From contig JASTWF010000033.1 of NCBI GenBank assembly GCA_030390025.1, forward strand, positions 808,001 to 872,000: DNA of 64,000 bases, read 5' to 3'. How positions within the stretch are numbered: the stretch's first letter is position 1; each line of letters begins with the position of its first letter. The position numbers were made by a program, and so were the translations under genes. The DNA comes from Squalus acanthias. Taxonomy: Eukaryota. Positions 37,101-52,100 of this stretch are shown here, in pieces. The notes under the pieces are model-generated. The model did no database searches. It was not told the origin of the DNA and worked only from the letters and a program-made list of their open reading frames with translations.

Positions 37101-40100
37101 TGAGATTTACAGAGTGAGGGAATGGGAGTGAGATTACAGAGTGAGGGAATGGGAGTGAGATTTACAGAGTGAGGGAATGGGAGTGAGATTTACAGAGTGA
37201 GGGAATGGGAGTGAGATTTACAGAGTGAGGGAATGGGAGTGAGATTTACAGAGTGAGGGAATGGGAGTGAGATTTACAGAGTGAGGGAATGGGAGTGAGA
37301 TTTACAGAGTGAGGGAATGGGAGTGAGATTTACAGAGTGAGGGAATGGGAGTGAGATTTACAGAGTGAGGGAATGGGAGTGAGATTTACAGAGTGAGGGA
37401 ATGGGAGTGAGATTTACAGAGTGAGGGAATGGGAGTGAGATTTAGAGAGTGAGGGAATGGGAGTGAGATTTACAGAGTGAGGGAATGGGAGTGAGATTTA
37501 CAGAGTGAGGGAATGGGAGTGAGATTTACAGAGTGAGGGAATGGGAGTGAGATTTACAGAGTGAGGGAATGGAGTGAGATTTACAGAGTGAGGGAATGGG
37601 AGTGAGATTACAGAGTGAGGGAATGGGAGTGAGATTTACAGAGTGAGGGAATGGGAGTGAGATTTACAGAGTGAGGGAATGGGAGTGAGATTTACAGAGT
37701 GAGGGAATGGGAGTGAGATTACAGAGTGAGGGAATGGGAGTGAGATTTACAGAGTGAGGGAATGGGAGTGAGATTACAGAGTGAGGGATGGGAGTGAGAT
37801 TTACAGAGTGAGGGAATGGGAGTGAGATTTACAGAGTGAGGGAATGGGAGTGAGATTTACAGAGTGAGGGAATGGGAGTGAGATTTACAGAGTGAGGGAA
37901 TGGGAGTGAGATTTACAGAGTGAGGGAATGGGAGTGAGATTTACAGAGTGAGGGAATGGGAGTGAGATTTACAGAGTGAGGGAATGGGAGTGAGATTTAC
38001 AGAGTGAGGGAATGGGAGTGAGATTTACAGAGTGAGGGAATGGAGTGAGATTTACAGAGTGAGGGAATGGGAGTGAGATTTACAGAGTGAGGGAATGGGA
38101 GTGAGATTTACAGAGTGAGGGAATGGGAGTGAGATTTACAGAGTGAGGGAATGGGAGTGAGATTTACAGAGTGAGGGAATGGGAGTGAGATTTACAGAGT
38201 GAGGGAATGGGAGTGAGATTTACAGAGTGAGGGAATGGGAGTGAGATTTACAGAGTGAGGGAATGGGAGTGAGATTTACAGAGTGAGGGAATGGGAGTGA
38301 GATTTACAGAGTGAGGGAATGGGAGTGAGATTTACAGAGTGAGGGAATGGGAGTGAGATTTACAGAGTGAGGGAATGGGAGTGAGATTTACAGAGTGAGG
38401 GAATGGGAGTGAGATTTACAGAGTGAGGGAATGGGAGTGAGATTTACAGAGTGAGGGAATGGGAGTGAGATTTACAGAGTGAGGGAATGGGAGTGAGATT
38501 TACAGAGTGAGGGAATGGGAGTGAGATTTACAGAGTGAGGGAATGGGAGTGAGATTTACAGAGTGAGGGAATGGGAGTGAGATTACAGAGTGAGGGAATG
38601 GGAGTGAGATTTACAGAGTGAGGGAATGGGAGTGAGATTACAGAGTGAGGGAATGGGAGTGAGATTTACAGAGTGAGGGAATGGGAGTGAGATTTACAGA
38701 GTGAGGGAATGGGAGTGAGATTTACAGAGTGAGGGAATGGGAGTGAGATTTACAGAGTGAGGGAATGGGAGTGAGATTTACAGAGTGAGGGAATGGGAGT
38801 GAGATTTACAGAGTGAGGGAATGGGAGTGAGATTTACAGAGTGAGGGAATGGGAGTGAGATTTACAGAGTGAGGGAATGGGAGTGAGATTTACAGAGTGA
38901 GGGAATGGGAGTGAGATTACAGAGTGAGGGAGTGGGAGTGAGTTTACAGAGTGAGGGAATGGGAGTGAGATTTACAGAGTGAGGGAATGGGAGTGAGATT
39001 TACAGAGTGAGGGAATGGGAGTGAGATTTACAGAGTGAGGGAATGGGAGTGAGATTTACAGAGTGAGGGAATGGAGTGAGATTTACAGAGTGAGGGAATG
39101 GGAGTGAGATTACAGAGTGAGGGAATGGGAGTGAGATTTACAGAGTGAGGGAATGGGAGTGAGATTACAGAGTGAGGAATGGGAGTGAGATTTACAGAGT
39201 GAGGGAATGGAGTGAGATTTACAGAGTGAGGGAATGGGAGTGAGATTAACAGAGTGAGGGAATGGGAGTAAGATTTACAGAGTGAGGGAATGGGTGTGAG
39301 ATTTACAGAGTGAGGGAATGGGAGTGAGATTTACAGAGTAAGGGAATGGGAGTGAGGTTAACAGAGTGAGGGAATGGGAGTGAGATTTACAGAGTAAGGG
39401 AATGGGAGTGAGATTTACAGAGTAAGGGAATGGGAGTGAGGTTAACAGAGTGAGGGAATGGGAGTGAGATTTACAGAGTGAGGGAATGGGAGTGAGATTT
39501 ACAGAGTGAGGGGAAGGACGTGAGGTTAACAGAGTGAGGGAATGGGAGTGAGATTTACAGAGTGAGGGAATGGGAGTGAGATTTACAGAGTGAGGGAATG
39601 GGAGTGAGATTTACAGAGTGAGGGAATGGGAGTGAGATTTACAGAGTGAGGGAATGGGAGTGAGATTTACAGAGTGAGGGAATGGGAGTGAGATTTACAG
39701 AGTGAGGGAATGGGAGTGAGATTTACAGAGTGAGGGAATGGGAGTGAGATTTACAGAGTGAGGGAATGGGAGTGAGATTTACAGAGTGAGGGAATGGGAG
39801 TGAGATTTACAGAGTGAGGGAATGGGAGTGAGATTTACAGAGTGAGGGAATGGGAGTGAGATTTACAGAGTGAGGGAATGGGAGTGAGATTTACAGAGTG
39901 AGGGAATGGGAGTGAGATTTACAGAGTGAGGGAATGGGAGTGAGATTTACAGAGTGAGGGAATGGGAGTGAGATTTACAGAGTGAGGGAATGGGAGTGAG
40001 ATTTACAGAGTGAGGGAATGGGAGTGAGATTTACAGAGTGAGGGAATGGGAGTGAGATTTACAGAGTGAGGGAATGGGAGTGAGATTTACAGAGTGAGGG

Positions 40101-43100
40101 AATGGGAGTGAGATTTACAGAGTGAGGGAATGGGAGTGAGATTTACAGAGTGAGGGAATGGGAGTGAGATTTACAGAGTGAGGGAATGGGAGTGAGATTT
40201 ACAGAGTGAGGGAATGGGAGTGAGATTTACAGAGTGAGGGAATGGGAGTGAGATTTACAGAGTGAGGGAATGGGAGTGAGATTTACAGAGTGAGGGAATG
40301 GGAGTGAGATTTACAGAGTGAGGGAATGGGAGTGAGATTTACAGAGTGAGGGAATGGGAGTGAGATTTACAGAGTGAGGGAATGGGAGTGAGATTTACAG
40401 AGTGAGGGAATGGGAGTGAGATTTACAGAGTGAGGGAATGGGAGTGAGATTTACAGAGTGAGGGAATGGGAGTGAGATTTACAGAGTGAGGGAATGGGAG
40501 TGAGATTTACAGAGTGAGGGAATGGGAGTGAGATTTACAGAGTGAGGGAATGGGAGTGAGATTTACAGAGTGAGGGAATGGGAGTGAGATTTACAGAGTG
40601 AGGGAATGGGAGTGAGATTTACAGAGTGAGGGAATGGGAGTGAGATTTACAGAGTGAGGGAATGGGAGTGAGATTTACAGAGTGAGGGAATGGGAGTGAG
40701 ATTTACAGAGTGAGGGAATGGGAGTGAGATTTACAGAGTGAGGGAATGGGAGTGAGATTTACAGAGTGAGGGAATGGGAGTGAGATTTACAGAGTGAGGG
40801 AATGGGAGTGAGATTTACAGAGTGAGGGAATGGGAGTGAGATTTACAGAGTGAGGGAATGGGAGTGAGATTTACAGAGTGAGGGAATGGGAGTGAGATTT
40901 ACAGAGTGAGGGAATGGGAGTGAGATTTACAGAGTGAGGGAATGGGAGTGAGATTTACAGAGTGAGGGAATGGGAGTGAGATTTACAGAGTGAGGGAATG
41001 GGAGTGAGATTTACAGAGTGAGGGAATGGGAGTGAGATTTACAGAGTGAGGGAATGGGAGTGAGATTTACAGAGTGAGGGAATGGGAGTGAGATTTACAG
41101 AGTGAGGGAATGGGAGTGAGATTTACAGAGTGAGGGAATGGGAGTGAGATTTACAGAGTGAGGGAATGGGAGTGAGATTTACAGAGTGAGGGAATGGGAG
41201 TGAGATTTACAGAGTGAGGGAATGGGAGTGAGATTTACAGAGTGAGGGAATGGGAGTGAGATTTACAGAGTGAGGGAATGGGAGTGAGATTTACAGAGTG
41301 AGGGAATGGGAGTGAGATTTACAGAGTGAGGGAATGGGAGTGAGATTTACAGAGTGAGGGAATGGGAGTGAGATTTACAGAGTGAGGGAATGGGAGTGAG
41401 ATTTACAGAGTGAGGGAATGGGAGTGAGATTTACAGAGTGAGGGAATGGGAGTGAGATTTACAGAGTGAGGGAATGGGAGTGAGATTTACAGAGTGAGGG
41501 AATGGGAGTGAGATTTACAGAGTGAGGGAATGGGAGTGAGATTTACAGAGTGAGGGAATGGGAGTGAGATTTACAGAGTGAGGGAATGGGAGTGAGATTT
41601 ACAGAGTGAGGGAATGGGAGTGAGATTTACAGAGTGAGGGAATGGGAGTGAGATTTACAGAGTGAGGGAATGGGAGTGAGATTTACAGAGTGAGGGAATG
41701 GGAGTGAGATTTACAGAGTGAGGGAATGGGAGTGAGATTTACAGAGTGAGGGAATGGGAGTGAGATTTACAGAGTGAGGGAATGGGAGTGAGATTTACAG
41801 AGTGAGGGAATGGGAGTGAGATTTACAGAGTGAGGGAATGGGAGTGAGATTTACAGAGTGAGGGAATGGGAGTGAGATTTACAGAGTGAGGGAATGGGAG
41901 TGAGATTTACAGAGTGAGGGAATGGGAGTGAGATTTACAGAGTGAGGGAATGGGAGTGAGATTTACAGAGTGAGGGAATGGGAGTGAGATTTACAGAGTG
42001 AGGGAATGGGAGTGAGATTTACAGAGTGAGGGAATGGGAGTGAGATTTACAGAGTGAGGGAATGGGAGTGAGATTTACAGAGTGAGGGAATGGGAGTGAG
42101 ATTTACAGAGTGAGGGAATGGGAGTGAGATTTACAGAGTGAGGGAATGGGAGTGAGATTTACAGAGTGAGGGAATGGGAGTGAGATTTACAGAGTGAGGG
42201 AATGGGAGTGAGATTTACAGAGTGAGGGAATGGGAGTGAGATTTACAGAGTGAGGGAATGGGAGTGAGATTTACAGAGTGAGGGAATGGGAGTGAGATTT
42301 ACAGAGTGAGGGAATGGGAGTGAGATTTACAGAGTGAGGGAATGGGAGTGAGATTTACAGAGTGAGGGAATGGGAGTGAGATTTACAGAGTGAGGGAATG
42401 GGAGTGAGATTTACAGAGTGAGGGAATGGGAGTGAGATTTACAGAGTGAGGGAATGGGAGTGAGATTTACAGAGTGAGGGAATGGGAGTGAGATTTACAG
42501 AGTGAGGGAATGGGAGTGAGATTTACAGAGTGAGGGAATGGGAGTGAGATTTACAGAGTGAGGGAATGGGAGTGAGATTTACAGAGTGAGGGAATGGGAG
42601 TGAGATTTACAGAGTGAGGGAATGGGAGTGAGATTTACAGAGTGAGGGAATGGGAGTGAGATTTACAGAGTGAGGGAATGGGAGTGAGATTTACAGAGTG
42701 AGGGAATGGGAGTGAGATTTACAGAGTGAGGGAATGGGAGTGAGATTTACAGAGTGAGGGAATGGGAGTGAGATTTACAGAGTGAGGGAATGGGAGTGAG
42801 ATTTACAGAGTGAGGGAATGGGAGTGAGATTTACAGAGTGAGGGAATGGGAGTGAGATTTACAGAGTGAGGGAATGGGAGTGAGATTTACAGAGTGAGGG
42901 AATGGGAGTGAGATTTACAGAGTGAGGGAATGGGAGTGAGATTTACAGAGTGAGGGAATGGGAGTGAGATTTACAGAGTGAGGGAATGGGAGTGAGATTT
43001 ACAGAGTGAGGGAATGGGAGTGAGATTTACAGAGTGAGGGAATGGGAGTGAGATTTACAGAGTGAGGGAATGGGAGTGAGATTTACAGAGTGAGGGAATG

Positions 43101-46100
43101 GGAGTGAGATTTACAGAGTGAGGGAATGGGAGTGAGATTTACAGAGTGAGGGAATGGGAGTGAGATTTACAGAGTGAGGGAATGGGAGTGAGATTTACAG
43201 AGTGAGGGAATGGGAGTGAGATTTACAGAGTGAGGGAATGGGAGTGAGATTTACAGAGTGAGGGAATGGGAGTGAGATTTACAGAGTGAGGGAATGGGAG
43301 TGAGATTTACAGAGTGAGGGAATGGGAGTGAGATTTACAGAGTGAGGGAATGGGAGTGAGATTTACAGAGTGAGGGAATGGGAGTGAGATTTACAGAGTG
43401 AGGGAATGGGAGTGAGATTTACAGAGTGAGGGAATGGGAGTGAGATTTACAGAGTGAGGGAATGGGAGTGAGATTTACAGAGTGAGGGAATGGGAGTGAG
43501 ATTTACAGAGTGAGGGAATGGGAGTGAGATTTACAGAGTGAGGGAATGGGAGTGAGATTTACAGAGTGAGGGAATGGGAGTGAGATTTACAGAGTGAGGG
43601 AATGGGAGTGAGATTTACAGAGTGAGGGAATGGGAGTGAGATTTACAGAGTGAGGGAATGGGAGTGAGATTTACAGAGTGAGGGAATGGGAGTGAGATTT
43701 ACAGAGTGAGGGAATGGGAGTGAGATTTACAGAGTGAGGGAATGGGAGTGAGATTTACAGAGTGAGGGAATGGGAGTGAGATTTACAGAGTGAGGGAATG
43801 GGAGTGAGATTTACAGAGTGAGGGAATGGGAGTGAGATTTACAGAGTGAGGGAATGGGAGTGAGATTTACAGAGTGAGGGAATGGGAGTGAGATTTACAG
43901 AGTGAGGGAATGGGAGTGAGATTTACAGAGTGAGGGAATGGGAGTGAGATTTACAGAGTGAGGGAATGGGAGTGAGATTTACAGAGTGAGGGAATGGGAG
44001 TGAGATTTACAGAGTGAGGGAATGGGAGTGAGATTTACAGAGTGAGGGAATGGGAGTGAGATTTACAGAGTGAGGGAATGGGAGTGAGATTTACAGAGTG
44101 AGGGAATGGGAGTGAGATTTACAGAGTGAGGGAATGGGAGTGAGATTTACAGAGTGAGGGAATGGGAGTGAGATTTACAGAGTGAGGGAATGGGAGTGAG
44201 ATTTACAGAGTGAGGGAATGGGAGTGAGATTTACAGAGTGAGGGAATGGGAGTGAGATTTACAGAGTGAGGGAATGGGAGTGAGATTTACAGAGTGAGGG
44301 AATGGGAGTGAGATTTACAGAGTGAGGGAATGGGAGTGAGATTTACAGAGTGAGGGAATGGGAGTGAGATTTACAGAGTGAGGGAATGGGAGTGAGATTT
44401 ACAGAGTGAGGGAATGGGAGTGAGATTTACAGAGTGAGGGAATGGGAGTGAGATTTACAGAGTGAGGGAATGGGAGTGAGATTTACAGAGTGAGGGAATG
44501 GGAGTGAGATTTACAGAGTGAGGGAATGGGAGTGAGATTTACAGAGTGAGGGAATGGGAGTGAGATTTACAGAGTGAGGGAATGGGAGTGAGATTTACAG
44601 AGTGAGGGAATGGGAGTGAGATTTACAGAGTGAGGGAATGGGAGTGAGATTTACAGAGTGAGGGAATGGGAGTGAGATTTACAGAGTGAGGGAATGGGAG
44701 TGAGATTTACAGAGTGAGGGAATGGGAGTGAGATTTACAGAGTGAGGGAATGGGAGTGAGATTTACAGAGTGAGGGAATGGGAGTGAGATTTACAGAGTG
44801 AGGGAATGGGAGTGAGATTTACAGAGTGAGGGAATGGGAGTGAGATTTACAGAGTGAGGGAATGGGAGTGAGATTTACAGAGTGAGGGAATGGGAGTGAG
44901 ATTTACAGAGTGAGGGAATGGGAGTGAGATTTACAGAGTGAGGGAATGGGAGTGAGATTTACAGAGTGAGGGAATGGGAGTGAGATTTACAGAGTGAGGG
45001 AATGGGAGTGAGATTTACAGAGTGAGGGAATGGGAGTGAGATTTACAGAGTGAGGGAATGGGAGTGAGATTTACAGAGTGAGGGAATGGGAGTGAGATTT
45101 ACAGAGTGAGGGAATGGGAGTGAGATTTACAGAGTGAGGGAATGGGAGTGAGATTTACAGAGTGAGGGAATGGGAGTGAGATTTACAGAGTGAGGGAATG
45201 GGAGTGAGATTTACAGAGTGAGGGAATGGGAGTGAGATTTACAGAGTGAGGGAATGGGAGTGAGATTTACAGAGTGAGGGAATGGGAGTGAGATTTACAG
45301 AGTGAGGGAATGGGAGTGAGATTTACAGAGTGAGGGAATGGGAGTGAGATTTACAGAGTGAGGGAATGGGAGTGAGATTTACAGAGTGAGGGAATGGGAG
45401 TGAGATTTACAGAGTGAGGGAATGGGAGTGAGATTTACAGAGTGAGGGAATGGGAGTGAGATTTACAGAGTGAGGGAATGGGAGTGAGATTTACAGAGTG
45501 AGGGAATGGGAGTGAGATTTACAGAGTGAGGGAATGGGAGTGAGATTTACAGAGTGAGGGAATGGGAGTGAGATTTACAGAGTGAGGGAATGGGAGTGAG
45601 ATTTACAGAGTGAGGGAATGGGAGTGAGATTTACAGAGTGAGGGAATGGGAGTGAGATTTACAGAGTGAGGGAATGGGAGTGAGATTTACAGAGTGAGGG
45701 AATGGGAGTGAGATTTACAGAGTGAGGGAATGGGAGTGAGATTTACAGAGTGAGGGAATGGGAGTGAGATTTACAGAGTGAGGGAATGGGAGTGAGATTT
45801 ACAGAGTGAGGGAATGGGAGTGAGATTTACAGAGTGAGGGAATGGGAGTGAGATTTACAGAGTGAGGGAATGGGAGTGAGATTTACAGAGTGAGGGAATG
45901 GGAGTGAGATTTACAGAGTGAGGGAATGGGAGTGAGATTTACAGAGTGAGGGAATGGGAGTGAGATTTACAGAGTGAGGGAATGGGAGTGAGATTTACAG
46001 AGTGAGGGAATGGGAGTGAGATTTACAGAGTGAGGGAATGGGAGTGAGATTTACAGAGTGAGGGAATGGGAGTGAGATTTACAGAGTGAGGGAATGGGAG

Positions 46101-49100
46101 TGAGATTTACAGAGTGAGGGAATGGGAGTGAGATTTACAGAGTGAGGGAATGGGAGTGAGATTTACAGAGTGAGGGAATGGGAGTGAGATTTACAGAGTG
46201 AGGGAATGGGAGTGAGATTTACAGAGTGAGGGAATGGGAGTGAGATTTACAGAGTGAGGGAATGGGAGTGAGATTTACAGAGTGAGGGAATGGGAGTGAG
46301 ATTTACAGAGTGAGGGAATGGGAGTGAGATTTACAGAGTGAGGGAATGGGAGTGAGATTTACAGAGTGAGGGAATGGGAGTGAGATTTACAGAGTGAGGG
46401 AATGGGAGTGAGATTTACAGAGTGAGGGAATGGGAGTGAGATTTACAGAGTGAGGGAATGGGAGTGAGATTTACAGAGTGAGGGAATGGGAGTGAGATTT
46501 ACAGAGTGAGGGAATGGGAGTGAGATTTACAGAGTGAGGGAATGGGAGTGAGATTTACAGAGTGAGGGAATGGGAGTGAGATTTACAGAGTGAGGGAATG
46601 GGAGTGAGATTTACAGAGTGAGGGAATGGGAGTGAGATTTACAGAGTGAGGGAATGGGAGTGAGATTTACAGAGTGAGGGAATGGGAGTGAGATTTACAG
46701 AGTGAGGGAATGGGAGTGAGATTTACAGAGTGAGGGAATGGGAGTGAGATTTACAGAGTGAGGGAATGGGAGTGAGATTTACAGAGTGAGGGAATGGGAG
46801 TGAGATTTACAGAGTGAGGGAATGGGAGTGAGATTTACAGAGTGAGGGAATGGGAGTGAGATTTACAGAGTGAGGGAATGGGAGTGAGATTTACAGAGTG
46901 AGGGAATGGGAGTGAGATTTACAGAGTGAGGGAATGGGAGTGAGATTTACAGAGTGAGGGAATGGGAGTGAGATTTACAGAGTGAGGGAATGGGAGTGAG
47001 ATTTACAGAGTGAGGGAATGGGAGTGAGATTTACAGAGTGAGGGAATGGGAGTGAGATTTACAGAGTGAGGGAATGGGAGTGAGATTTACAGAGTGAGGG
47101 AATGGGAGTGAGATTTACAGAGTGAGGGAATGGGAGTGAGATTTACAGAGTGAGGGAATGGGAGTGAGATTTACAGAGTGAGGGAATGGGAGTGAGATTT
47201 ACAGAGTGAGGGAATGGGAGTGAGATTTACAGAGTGAGGGAATGGGAGTGAGATTTACAGAGTGAGGGAATGGGAGTGAGATTTACAGAGTGAGGGAATG
47301 GGAGTGAGATTTACAGAGTGAGGGAATGGGAGTGAGATTTACAGAGTGAGGGAATGGGAGTGAGATTTACAGAGTGAGGGAATGGGAGTGAGATTTACAG
47401 AGTGAGGGAATGGGAGTGAGATTTACAGAGTGAGGGAATGGGAGTGAGATTTACAGAGTGAGGGAATGGGAGTGAGATTTACAGAGTGAGGGAATGGGAG
47501 TGAGATTTACAGAGTGAGGGAATGGGAGTGAGATTTACAGAGTGAGGGAATGGGAGTGAGATTTACAGAGTGAGGGAATGGGAGTGAGATTTACAGAGTG
47601 AGGGAATGGGAGTGAGATTTACAGAGTGAGGGAATGGGAGTGAGATTTACAGAGTGAGGGAATGGGAGTGAGATTTACAGAGTGAGGGAATGGGAGTGAG
47701 ATTTACAGAGTGAGGGAATGGGAGTGAGATTTACAGAGTGAGGGAATGGGAGTGAGATTTACAGAGTGAGGGAATGGGAGTGAGATTTACAGAGTGAGGG
47801 AATGGGAGTGAGATTTACAGAGTGAGGGAATGGGAGTGAGATTTACAGAGTGAGGGAATGGGAGTGAGATTTACAGAGTGAGGGAATGGGAGTGAGATTT
47901 ACAGAGTGAGGGAATGGGAGTGAGATTTACAGAGTGAGGGAATGGGAGTGAGATTTACAGAGTGAGGGAATGGGAGTGAGATTTACAGAGTGAGGGAATG
48001 GGAGTGAGATTTACAGAGTGAGGGAATGGGAGTGAGATTTACAGAGTGAGGGAATGGGAGTGAGATTTACAGAGTGAGGGAATGGGAGTGAGATTTACAG
48101 AGTGAGGGAATGGGAGTGAGATTTACAGAGTGAGGGAATGGGAGTGAGATTTACAGAGTGAGGGAATGGGAGTGAGATTTACAGAGTGAGGGAATGGGAG
48201 TGAGATTTACAGAGTGAGGGAATGGGAGTGAGATTTACAGAGTGAGGGAATGGGAGTGAGATTTACAGAGTGAGGGAATGGGAGTGAGATTTACAGAGTG
48301 AGGGAATGGGAGTGAGATTTACAGAGTGAGGGAATGGGAGTGAGATTTACAGAGTGAGGGAATGGGAGTGAGATTTACAGAGTGAGGGAATGGGAGTGAG
48401 ATTTACAGAGTGAGGGAATGGGAGTGAGATTTACAGAGTGAGGGAATGGGAGTGAGATTTACAGAGTGAGGGAATGGGAGTGAGATTTACAGAGTGAGGG
48501 AATGGGAGTGAGATTTACAGAGTGAGGGAATGGGAGTGAGATTTACAGAGTGAGGGAATGGGAGTGAGATTTACAGAGTGAGGGAATGGGAGTGAGATTT
48601 ACAGAGTGAGGGAATGGGAGTGAGATTTACAGAGTGAGGGAATGGGAGTGAGATTTACAGAGTGAGGGAATGGGAGTGAGATTTACAGAGTGAGGGAATG
48701 GGAGTGAGATTTACAGAGTGAGGGAATGGGAGTGAGATTTACAGAGTGAGGGAATGGGAGTGAGATTTACAGAGTGAGGGAATGGGAGTGAGATTTACAG
48801 AGTGAGGGAATGGGAGTGAGATTTACAGAGTGAGGGAATGGGAGTGAGATTTACAGAGTGAGGGAATGGGAGTGAGATTTACAGAGTGAGGGAATGGGAG
48901 TGAGATTTACAGAGTGAGGGAATGGGAGTGAGATTTACAGAGTGAGGGAATGGGAGTGAGATTTACAGAGTGAGGGAATGGGAGTGAGATTTACAGAGTG
49001 AGGGAATGGGAGTGAGATTTACAGAGTGAGGGAATGGGAGTGAGATTTACAGAGTGAGGGAATGGGAGTGAGATTTACAGAGTGAGGGAATGGGAGTGAG

Positions 49101-52100
49101 ATTTACAGAGTGAGGGAATGGGAGTGAGATTTACAGAGTGAGGGAATGGGAGTGAGATTTACAGAGTGAGGGAATGGGAGTGAGATTTACAGAGTGAGGG
49201 AATGGGAGTGAGATTTACAGAGTGAGGGAATGGGAGTGAGATTTACAGAGTGAGGGAATGGGAGTGAGATTTACAGAGTGAGGGAATGGGAGTGAGATTT
49301 ACAGAGTGAGGGAATGGGAGTGAGATTTACAGAGTGAGGGAATGGGAGTGAGATTTACAGAGTGAGGGAATGGGAGTGAGATTTACAGAGTGAGGGAATG
49401 GGAGTGAGATTTACAGAGTGAGGGAATGGGAGTGAGATTTACAGAGTGAGGGAATGGGAGTGAGATTTACAGAGTGAGGGAATGGGAGTGAGATTTACAG
49501 AGTGAGGGAATGGGAGTGAGATTTACAGAGTGAGGGAATGGGAGTGAGATTTACAGAGTGAGGGAATGGGAGTGAGATTTACAGAGTGAGGGAATGGGAG
49601 TGAGATTTACAGAGTGAGGGAATGGGAGTGAGATTTACAGAGTGAGGGAATGGGAGTGAGATTTACAGAGTGAGGGAATGGGAGTGAGATTTACAGAGTG
49701 AGGGAATGGGAGTGAGATTTACAGAGTGAGGGAATGGGAGTGAGATTTACAGAGTGAGGGAATGGGAGTGAGATTTACAGAGTGAGGGAATGGGAGTGAG
49801 ATTTACAGAGTGAGGGAATGGGAGTGAGATTTACAGAGTGAGGGAATGGGAGTGAGATTTACAGAGTGAGGGAATGGGAGTGAGATTTACAGAGTGAGGG
49901 AATGGGAGTGAGATTTACAGAGTGAGGGAATGGGAGTGAGATTTACAGAGTGAGGGAATGGGAGTGAGATTTACAGAGTGAGGGAATGGGAGTGAGATTT
50001 ACAGAGTGAGGGAATGGGAGTGAGATTTACAGAGTGAGGGAATGGGAGTGAGATTTACAGAGTGAGGGAATGGGAGTGAGATTTACAGAGTGAGGGAATG
50101 GGAGTGAGATTTACAGAGTGAGGGAATGGGAGTGAGATTTACAGAGTGAGGGAATGGGAGTGAGATTTACAGAGTGAGGGAATGGGAGTGAGATTTACAG
50201 AGTGAGGGAATGGGAGTGAGATTTACAGAGTGAGGGAATGGGAGTGAGATTTACAGAGTGAGGGAATGGGAGTGAGATTTACAGAGTGAGGGAATGGGAG
50301 TGAGATTTACAGAGTGAGGGAATGGGAGTGAGATTTACAGAGTGAGGGAATGGGAGTGAGATTTACAGAGTGAGGGAATGGGAGTGAGATTTACAGAGTG
50401 AGGGAATGGGAGTGAGATTTACAGAGTGAGGGAATGGGAGTGAGATTTACAGAGTGAGGGAATGGGAGTGAGATTTACAGAGTGAGGGAATGGGAGTGAG
50501 ATTTACAGAGTGAGGGAATGGGAGTGAGATTTACAGAGTGAGGGAATGGGAGTGAGATTTACAGAGTGAGGGAATGGGAGTGAGATTTACAGAGTGAGGG
50601 AATGGGAGTGAGATTTACAGAGTGAGGGAATGGGAGTGAGATTTACAGAGTGAGGGAATGGGAGTGAGATTTACAGAGTGAGGGAATGGGAGTGAGATTT
50701 ACAGAGTGAGGGAATGGGAGTGAGATTTACAGAGTGAGGGAATGGGAGTGAGATTTACAGAGTGAGGGAATGGGAGTGAGATTTACAGAGTGAGGGAATG
50801 GGAGTGAGATTTACAGAGTGAGGGAATGGGAGTGAGATTTACAGAGTGAGGGAATGGGAGTGAGATTTACAGAGTGAGGGAATGGGAGTGAGATTTACAG
50901 AGTGAGGGAATGGGAGTGAGATTTACAGAGTGAGGGAATGGGAGTGAGATTTACAGAGTGAGGGAATGGGAGTGAGATTTACAGAGTGAGGGAATGGGAG
51001 TGAGATTTACAGAGTGAGGGAATGGGAGTGAGATTTACAGAGTGAGGGAATGGGAGTGAGATTTACAGAGTGAGGGAATGGGAGTGAGATTTACAGAGTG
51101 AGGGAATGGGAGTGAGATTTACAGAGTGAGGGAATGGGAGTGAGATTTACAGAGTGAGGGAATGGGAGTGAGATTTACAGAGTGAGGGAATGGGAGTGAG
51201 ATTTACAGAGTGAGGGAATGGGAGTGAGATTTACAGAGTGAGGGAATGGGAGTGAGATTTACAGAGTGAGGGAATGGGAGTGAGATTTACAGAGTGAGGG
51301 AATGGGAGTGAGATTTACAGAGTGAGGGAATGGGAGTGAGATTTACAGAGTGAGGGAATGGGAGTGAGATTTACAGAGTGAGGGAATGGGAGTGAGATTT
51401 ACAGAGTGAGGGAATGGGAGTGAGATTTACAGAGTGAGGGAATGGGAGTGAGATTTACAGAGTGAGGGAATGGGAGTGAGATTTACAGAGTGAGGGAATG
51501 GGAGTGAGATTTACAGAGTGAGGGAATGGGAGTGAGATTTACAGAGTGAGGGAATGGGAGTGAGATTTACAGAGTGAGGGAATGGGAGTGAGATTTACAG
51601 AGTGAGGGAATGGGAGTGAGATTTACAGAGTGAGGGAATGGGAGTGAGATTTACAGAGTGAGGGAATGGGAGTGAGATTTACAGAGTGAGGGAATGGGAG
51701 TGAGATTTACAGAGTGAGGGAATGGGAGTGAGATTTACAGAGTGAGGGAATGGGAGTGAGATTTACAGAGTGAGGGAATGGGAGTGAGATTTACAGAGTG
51801 AGGGAATGGGAGTGAGATTTACAGAGTGAGGGAATGGGAGTGAGATTTACAGAGTGAGGGAATGGGAGTGAGATTTACAGAGTGAGGGAATGGGAGTGAG
51901 ATTTACAGAGTGAGGGAATGGGAGTGAGATTTACAGAGTGAGGGAATGGGAGTGAGATTTACAGAGTGAGGGAATGGGAGTGAGATTTACAGAGTGAGGG
52001 AATGGGAGTGAGATTTACAGAGTGAGGGAATGGGAGTGAGATTTACAGAGTGAGGGAATGGGAGTGAGATTTACAGAGTGAGGGAATGGGAGTGAGATTT